From assembly GCA_002269645.1 (NCBI GenBank), contig NIVC01003023.1, positions 1-36,075 on the forward strand: a stretch of 36,075 bases of DNA, written 5' to 3'. The notes beneath the pieces were generated by a model that worked only from the letters and a program-made list of their open reading frames with translations, ran no database searches and had not been told where the DNA came from. Shown piece after piece: positions 32,771-36,075 of the stretch (positions are counted from its first letter, which is position 1; every line of letters begins with the position of its first letter). This stretch comes from Macrostomum lignano (Eukaryota). A program made the position numbers and the translations under genes.

Positions 32771-34801
32771 CAGTGTTGAGCAAGTTACTCAAAAAAGTAA
32801 CTTCTGTTATAATAACTTCCGTTACCACAGAAAGTAACTTCTAGTAATCTGTTACTTTAAGTCCATTATTTTTTTATTTGTAGGCTATATTCTTTTACTT
32901 GTACTATATCTTCTATACCCCTATATGCTAAACAAAATACATTATAACCCCTTATAATCACTAATTCACTAATCATTATTCATTATTAATCACTTAATCA
33001 GTAACAAAATTATTTTAGTCGCCATTGTGCATTTTTGTTGTTTAAATAAATTAACTTCCAGGAAAGTTTCAAGCTGCCATTTGAAATCCACTTTGAGTCT
33101 TTGACTTTTGAGTTTTGGCAATTTTCGTTTTTGACAATTTTGACTTTTGTTTGATGACTTTGCTATTGCTAGTATCAAAAACAAAAATGACAAAAAAAAT
33201 GACAAAAAACTTCTGAGTCCAACTGGCAAAAAACAGTCCAAGTGCTAAGTCTATAGTCAATAGATTAAGATGTTAGATGACTGTTTCCCTGCAGCAGCAA
33301 CAGAGGCATGAGAGTCTTGTCTGCAAGGTGTGCACGCTTTGCTTGCAACACATCTTTAGCCATTGAGAAAGCACACTTAATGGCAATGCTGGAAGGCACA
33401 GCCATGTTGTAGTGGATAAAAAGGCCTTTGATCACTGGCATATTTTTGAAAGCCAGGTTAGAGACCCCAACTTCTGGCTTCCAGATGTCATTGAGCCAAT
33501 TGTGAATAATCTTTGCCTTCATCCTGAAGTTCTCCTCCTTATGGGGCTTTTGCGGCTGGCTTAGAAAGTTGTCACTGTTATCGCCATTCCCACTAGAGAG
33601 GCTGCTACTGTTGGCTCCATCTCCCACCACCTCGACCTGACTTGCCATTGCTAGTTCCAGTTTGCTCCTCACAGCATTCACCATGGCCTGCTGCACTCTC
33701 TGACACTTCGTTGCATTGAAGCACTTCAGCCATGTCAGATGGAATTGGGGGTGGAAGCCTGATGCTAGCAGGCACTCCATGTTGTTGAAGATGGGCTCAA
33801 ATAGTCATCAAATGCAGTCCTGCAGGCTGTTGACAAGTCCTTGAGTTGCAGTACTCCAGGGTGCTGCCATCAGCTCTGGCCTTCAGCTTGTCCAGCTTTG
33901 CAAGGACACTAGTGACAACTGGCAGTAGTAGTCCCAAATAGATGTTATTCTCACCCTGGAGCAAGTCTAGGGCTATCGCGATTGGTGCCATAGCAGCCGC
34001 ATACTCTTTCAGAATGCACGCATCCTTAGCTTAGAATGGCAGCAGGGGCTTTAGCAAACCCTGCAGGATGCAATTGATGGCCGGCCACATGTTGGCATTG
34101 AAGAGCTTTGTCAGCTGCTGAATGCTGTTGAACAGTGAGTTCCAATGGGTGGCATTCAGCATACAGAGCTTGTGCCCTAGCTTGCAATGAATAGCAATAG
34201 CAGCAAGGGTGCTATGGCCTTGCGCATTCTAAAGTTCTTGAGCTTTGGCAATCGCCTTGCAAAAGAGGCCCCTGAGCATGGGAGACCCTTCCACAGCAGC
34301 TAGCATATCCATTAATGCCACCAGATTAAGGGTGTGGGCTGCGCACCGCATGTGCTATGGTAGTTGTGCTCCGTCGCCACTGGCGCCAAGCTCCTCCAAC
34401 TCAGTGTTGACAGAGACTGTCTCCAGTGTCAGGAGGCCTTGGTGTCTTGGTGCCAGTGTCTTGGTTGTCTTAACAAAATACACAAATAAAATTGAAAAAT
34501 ATAAAAAGGTCACAGAAAAAATAGAACAATATACAAATAAAAAGACTAAAGAGATAGTAAAATAAACTGATAAACAATGGCAAATATGCAATATGAAATA
34601 TGCACAAAAAGGTAAAACAAGAAAATAACACAAAACACTAAAGTAAAAATTGTAAAAGTAACAGAAGTAATGGACTTATAAAAAATCACTTCCGTTACCA
34701 AGTCTGTTACCTAAAAGAAGTAACTTCTGGTAATAACACTTCTAAAAAAGTAACTGCCTGTAGTAATGGAAGAATAGAGGAACAGAAATTGCCCAACACT
34801 G
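32771..34801 (-). mobile_element. Decayed, internally deleted hAT DNA transposon, ~2.03 kb, in ArfGAP intron 1
   Basis: TIRs CAGTGTTGAGCAAGT / AATTGCCCAACACTG, clusters of subterminal GTTAC/GTAAC motifs at both ends and internal transposase remnants. The 8-bp flanks match only 4 of 8 (TAACTTGC / GTGTTTGC). Confidence 0.88.
33265..34440 (-). pseudogene. hAT transposase pseudogene, C-terminal half
   Basis: Minus-strand translation shows HMRCAAHTLNLVA (CxxH motif), NATHWNS (from N-T-R-W-N-S), PIAIALDLLQGE..YLGLLLP and the dimerisation domain VPSSIAIKCAFS..KRAHLAD. There are several in-frame stops, and the BED finger and first catalytic Asp region are absent. Confidence 0.9.
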
Positions 34802-36075
34802 GTGTTTGCATAATTAAATAGAAGATTTGTGTAGACAAAAAAACCAAAATTTTCTTCTGTTTTACTCCGATTGCCATAGTCCCAAAGGTGGCCTTTATAC
34901 TGTAATTTTCTGGCATATTTTTGCTCTCACTTACAATCTTGGTGTACACTTGGCATATAGAATTTTCAGGTTCAACATAAAGTGTACACAGTTGTCATAC
35001 AAAAAATAGCCAAGTTCAAGGTAGAAACTAAAATATAAAATATTTATAAAATAAAAAATAAATTTAATTATTAATCACAAGAAAATCAAAATTAAAACAA
35101 AGGATATCAGTTTTTAACAAAAAAGCTATTTTAAAGTTTAGTAAAAGTTTTGAATTTCTAAAAATATATATTCAATAAATATGGCATATAAACAATTTTA
35201 GTCTTGGCGTAAACTTTTTTTAATTTTATGTTGACATAAAATTAAAAAAATGAATTTTCATTCTGGCATATGCCTGCTATGATCTGGACTATGGTCCAAC
35301 TGCCGGGGTATTAAATCCAAGAGCAGGGTAGTTGTGGTTATAGACGAGCAGTCATTGAGTAGGCACGGTCATTCAAATTGGGTCATAGATGCCAAAGTCA
35401 GTATATGTCAAATACACTTAGCTGATTACTATCAGTAGGGTAGAGGTTCCACCACCATAGTTCTCATATTATGGAATGAAAATTAGTCTCAGAGCTTTCT
35501 TTGAGATGAGAACTTGGTTTGTTTTATGCCCCGTGGGCAAATAACTCGAGATAAGCTATGGGCTTAATTAATTAATTAATGAAAATAATGTTATTGCAGA
35601 TTATTGTTATTATTATTGTCAGCTGGATATTAAGAAAATAATTATTTTAGCAGGCAGGTATTAAATATTTGGTACAACCAAATATACCAAAGTGGAATGT
35701 GGCTTAAATGATGCTAAGGTTGTCTGCTAGTAGCTTAATGAAAATTAAACAAAGGATTACCACAAACTTAACACTAAACTTAACTTCCCTAAATGCTAAT
35801 GGTCACGGGAAAGAAGTCACAACAGTGGGAGAAGGGTTACAGTAGTAGTGCTTAAGGCATGCATATAAATAGATTAGCATAAATTTCAACAACAGGGCAA
35901 GACTTGGATGGGCAGCTGGATAGCAGGTTGGACAAAGGAGTGGACATGGGGTTGAGCAATAGCAATTTGCGCAGAATTTAAGGACAAAATCAGCAAAACA
36001 AGAGTGGGGAAACATTGAGTCATCAGTGGACCAATTGGAAGAACAAAACGGACGTATAGGAAGGTGATGTGCTAG

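Overview
Eukaryotic (invertebrate animal) genomic DNA with spliceosomal introns; no prokaryotic features. The GC-rich exons, short introns and heavy microsatellite load are reminiscent of the flatworm Macrostomum, but that is a guess. Four genes were reconstructed by hand from splice sites and reading-frame phase. (1) A minus-strand coiled-coil gene, complement(join(<1..231,328..628,841..1159)), with an N-terminal C-x12-C-x2-C-x6-H motif and a SOGA/MTCL1-like coil; it runs off the window. (2) A complete Ski/SnoN co-repressor, join(6380..7474,7610..7788,7926..8230,8493..8938), 674 aa. (3) A complete MMD/PAQR10-11 membrane protein, join(22891..22955,25210..25449,25532..25606,26174..26278,26398..26467,27497..27715), 257 aa, whose last intron is GC-AG. 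(4) The first coding exon of an ArfGAP2/3 gene (31276..31350), whose first intron runs past the window end. Between and inside the genes are at least a dozen micro/minisatellite arrays, a tRNA-headed SINE with a perfect 13-bp target-site duplication (TSD) in the MMD 3' region, a 380-bp MITE with an 8-bp TSD, a probable solo LTR, and a decayed hAT transposon. I found no convincing wholly new multi-gene system. The most notable observations are the SINE and the poly(A) signal it carries, the GC-AG intron with a competing out-of-frame GT donor, mosaic CpG depletion suggesting past DNA methylation, an insertion in the Ski zinc knuckle, and the domain combination of gene 1. All homology calls rest on remembered motifs, not database searches.
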